Origin: Amoebidium appalachense
Taxonomy: Eukaryota; Protista; Ichthyosporea
DNA length: 64,000 bases
Direction of reading: 5' to 3'
Assembly: GCA_963693365.1 (NCBI GenBank)
Contig: CAVNZM010000002.1
Span: 6,399,943 to 6,463,942 of the forward strand
The position numbers and the translations under genes are program-made. Of this stretch, positions 37,698 through 64,000 are shown one piece after another; position 1 is the stretch's first letter; the number at the start of each line of letters is the position of its first letter. The notes beneath the pieces are model-generated. The model worked only from the letters and a program-made list of their open reading frames with translations. It did not search any database and was not told the DNA's origin.

Positions 37698-38611
37698 CCC
37701 CCCAGTCCCCATCCCCCCCCCCCCCCCCTCCCCCCCCCCCCCAGCCCACGTGCACCCACCCCTCTGGAATCCTCCCAAAATATTCTTTTTTGAATAACCG
37801 ACAAAAATTATTAATTCCCCCCCCGCCCCCCCCCCCCCCCCCCCCCCCCCCCTACCCCCTTCCCCCCCCAGGCCACCCCCCGTTTTTCTTCTGTATATGT
37901 ATGTAGCTGATAATAGTGATAGCCTAATAATAATCCCCCCGGCCCGGGCCAACGTCCCCCCCCCCCCCCCCCCCCCCCCCCTCCACCCCCCACCCCCCCA
38001 AGCCCAACCACAACCCACCCACCCACCCATGGGCACCCACGGTGCCCACCCCTCCGGCCGCGGATCCCTCCCAAAGTATTTCTTTTAGAACAACCAACAA
38101 AACCTATCCCTCCACCTCCTCTCCCCGCATTCCCCCCCCCCCCCCTCCCTTTTCTTTTGGATAGGTGATAAAGCATATCCCCCCCCCTCCCCCCTTCTTC
38201 CTTTTTATTCAACTGTGACCTATCCCTCCCCCCTTCCCCCCCCTCCCCCCCCCCCCCCCCCGCCCCCCCTCCCCCCACCTTGCCCAAGTGCCGGCCCCCT
38301 GGATCATGTCCGTGACTCATCGTGTGACGTCAAAGCCCTACCGCTGAGCACCCATCCAATATCTAGAATTTGCTTGTTGGGGTGAACGCGATTTGGACTA
38401 CCTGGTGAGCCAGTCAGTGAGCCACCTCTTCAAGAAAAGCGGCTCACTGAGTGATCAGACAGCAAACATCTCAAGTATTAACCGTGGTTACATCCATAAA
38501 ATCCTCTAATTGTCCGCTTCTAGTTACAGCATCCCCGTCACCCCTTAACCCCGCCTCCCCCCTCTCCCCCCCACCTCCCCCCCCCCTCTTTCCTCCTCCT
38601 ATGGCGTTACT

Positions 38612-63613
<25,002 letters not shown>

Positions 63614-63695
63614 GGGTGCGCTCTGGTTGACTTGTTGTTTGTCTTTTTATTTATTTGTTTGTTTGTTTGTTTCTTTTCTTTCTTTGTTTGTTTGT

Positions 63696-63730
<35 letters not shown>

Positions 63731-64000
63731 GGGGGGAGAGTGGAGGGGGGTTGGATGGCATCATGGTTTGTCGGTCTGTTAAGGTTGGTGGGTTCGGTCG
63801 GTAGATTTCTGGGTCTGTGGATGGGTGGGCTGGCTGGATGATTTTTTTTCGCCTGTAAATATGAGTTGATAAGGTTAGGCAGATTGTGTAAAGGTGGGGT
63901 AATACGTCGAATGGGGGGTTTGGTTGAGGAGCAATCGGCAAAAATGAGTTAGTTATTATGGTTGTGAAGGTAAAGAATTGGTACGATGTTTTGTATTGTT

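Overview
Intron-rich eukaryotic DNA, saturated with (CA)n/(GT)n and poly-G/poly-C tracts. Gene content suggests a unicellular opisthokont or holozoan, but that is inference. Almost all ORFs in the supplied track are microsatellite artefacts; the real genes had to be rebuilt exon by exon from GT-AG boundaries. Four genes emerge. (1) UTP20 on the minus strand (ATG 24817, running off the left edge). (2) A divergently transcribed 3-exon bacterial/VCCN-type bestrophin (25229-28318). (3) A Ca-binding EGF-repeat, probably GPI-anchored surface protein that looks damaged (32515-36791). (4) A ~30-exon, ~1080-aa gene (38612-63613). Gene 4 is the main finding: it joins a chemoreceptor-style input module (TM1, extracellular Cache-like domain, TM2, HAMP-like segment) to an intact SHIP-type inositol polyphosphate 5-phosphatase plus C2 domain, i.e. 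a candidate ligand-regulated 'receptor phosphoinositide phosphatase'. Also present: three MITE-like elements, a promoter-bearing 656-bp insert with 89-bp terminal direct repeats inside a 246-bp host duplication, minisatellites built from amplified splice sites, and many introns where (CA)n replaces the polypyrimidine tract. All gene models are manual and have no transcript support.
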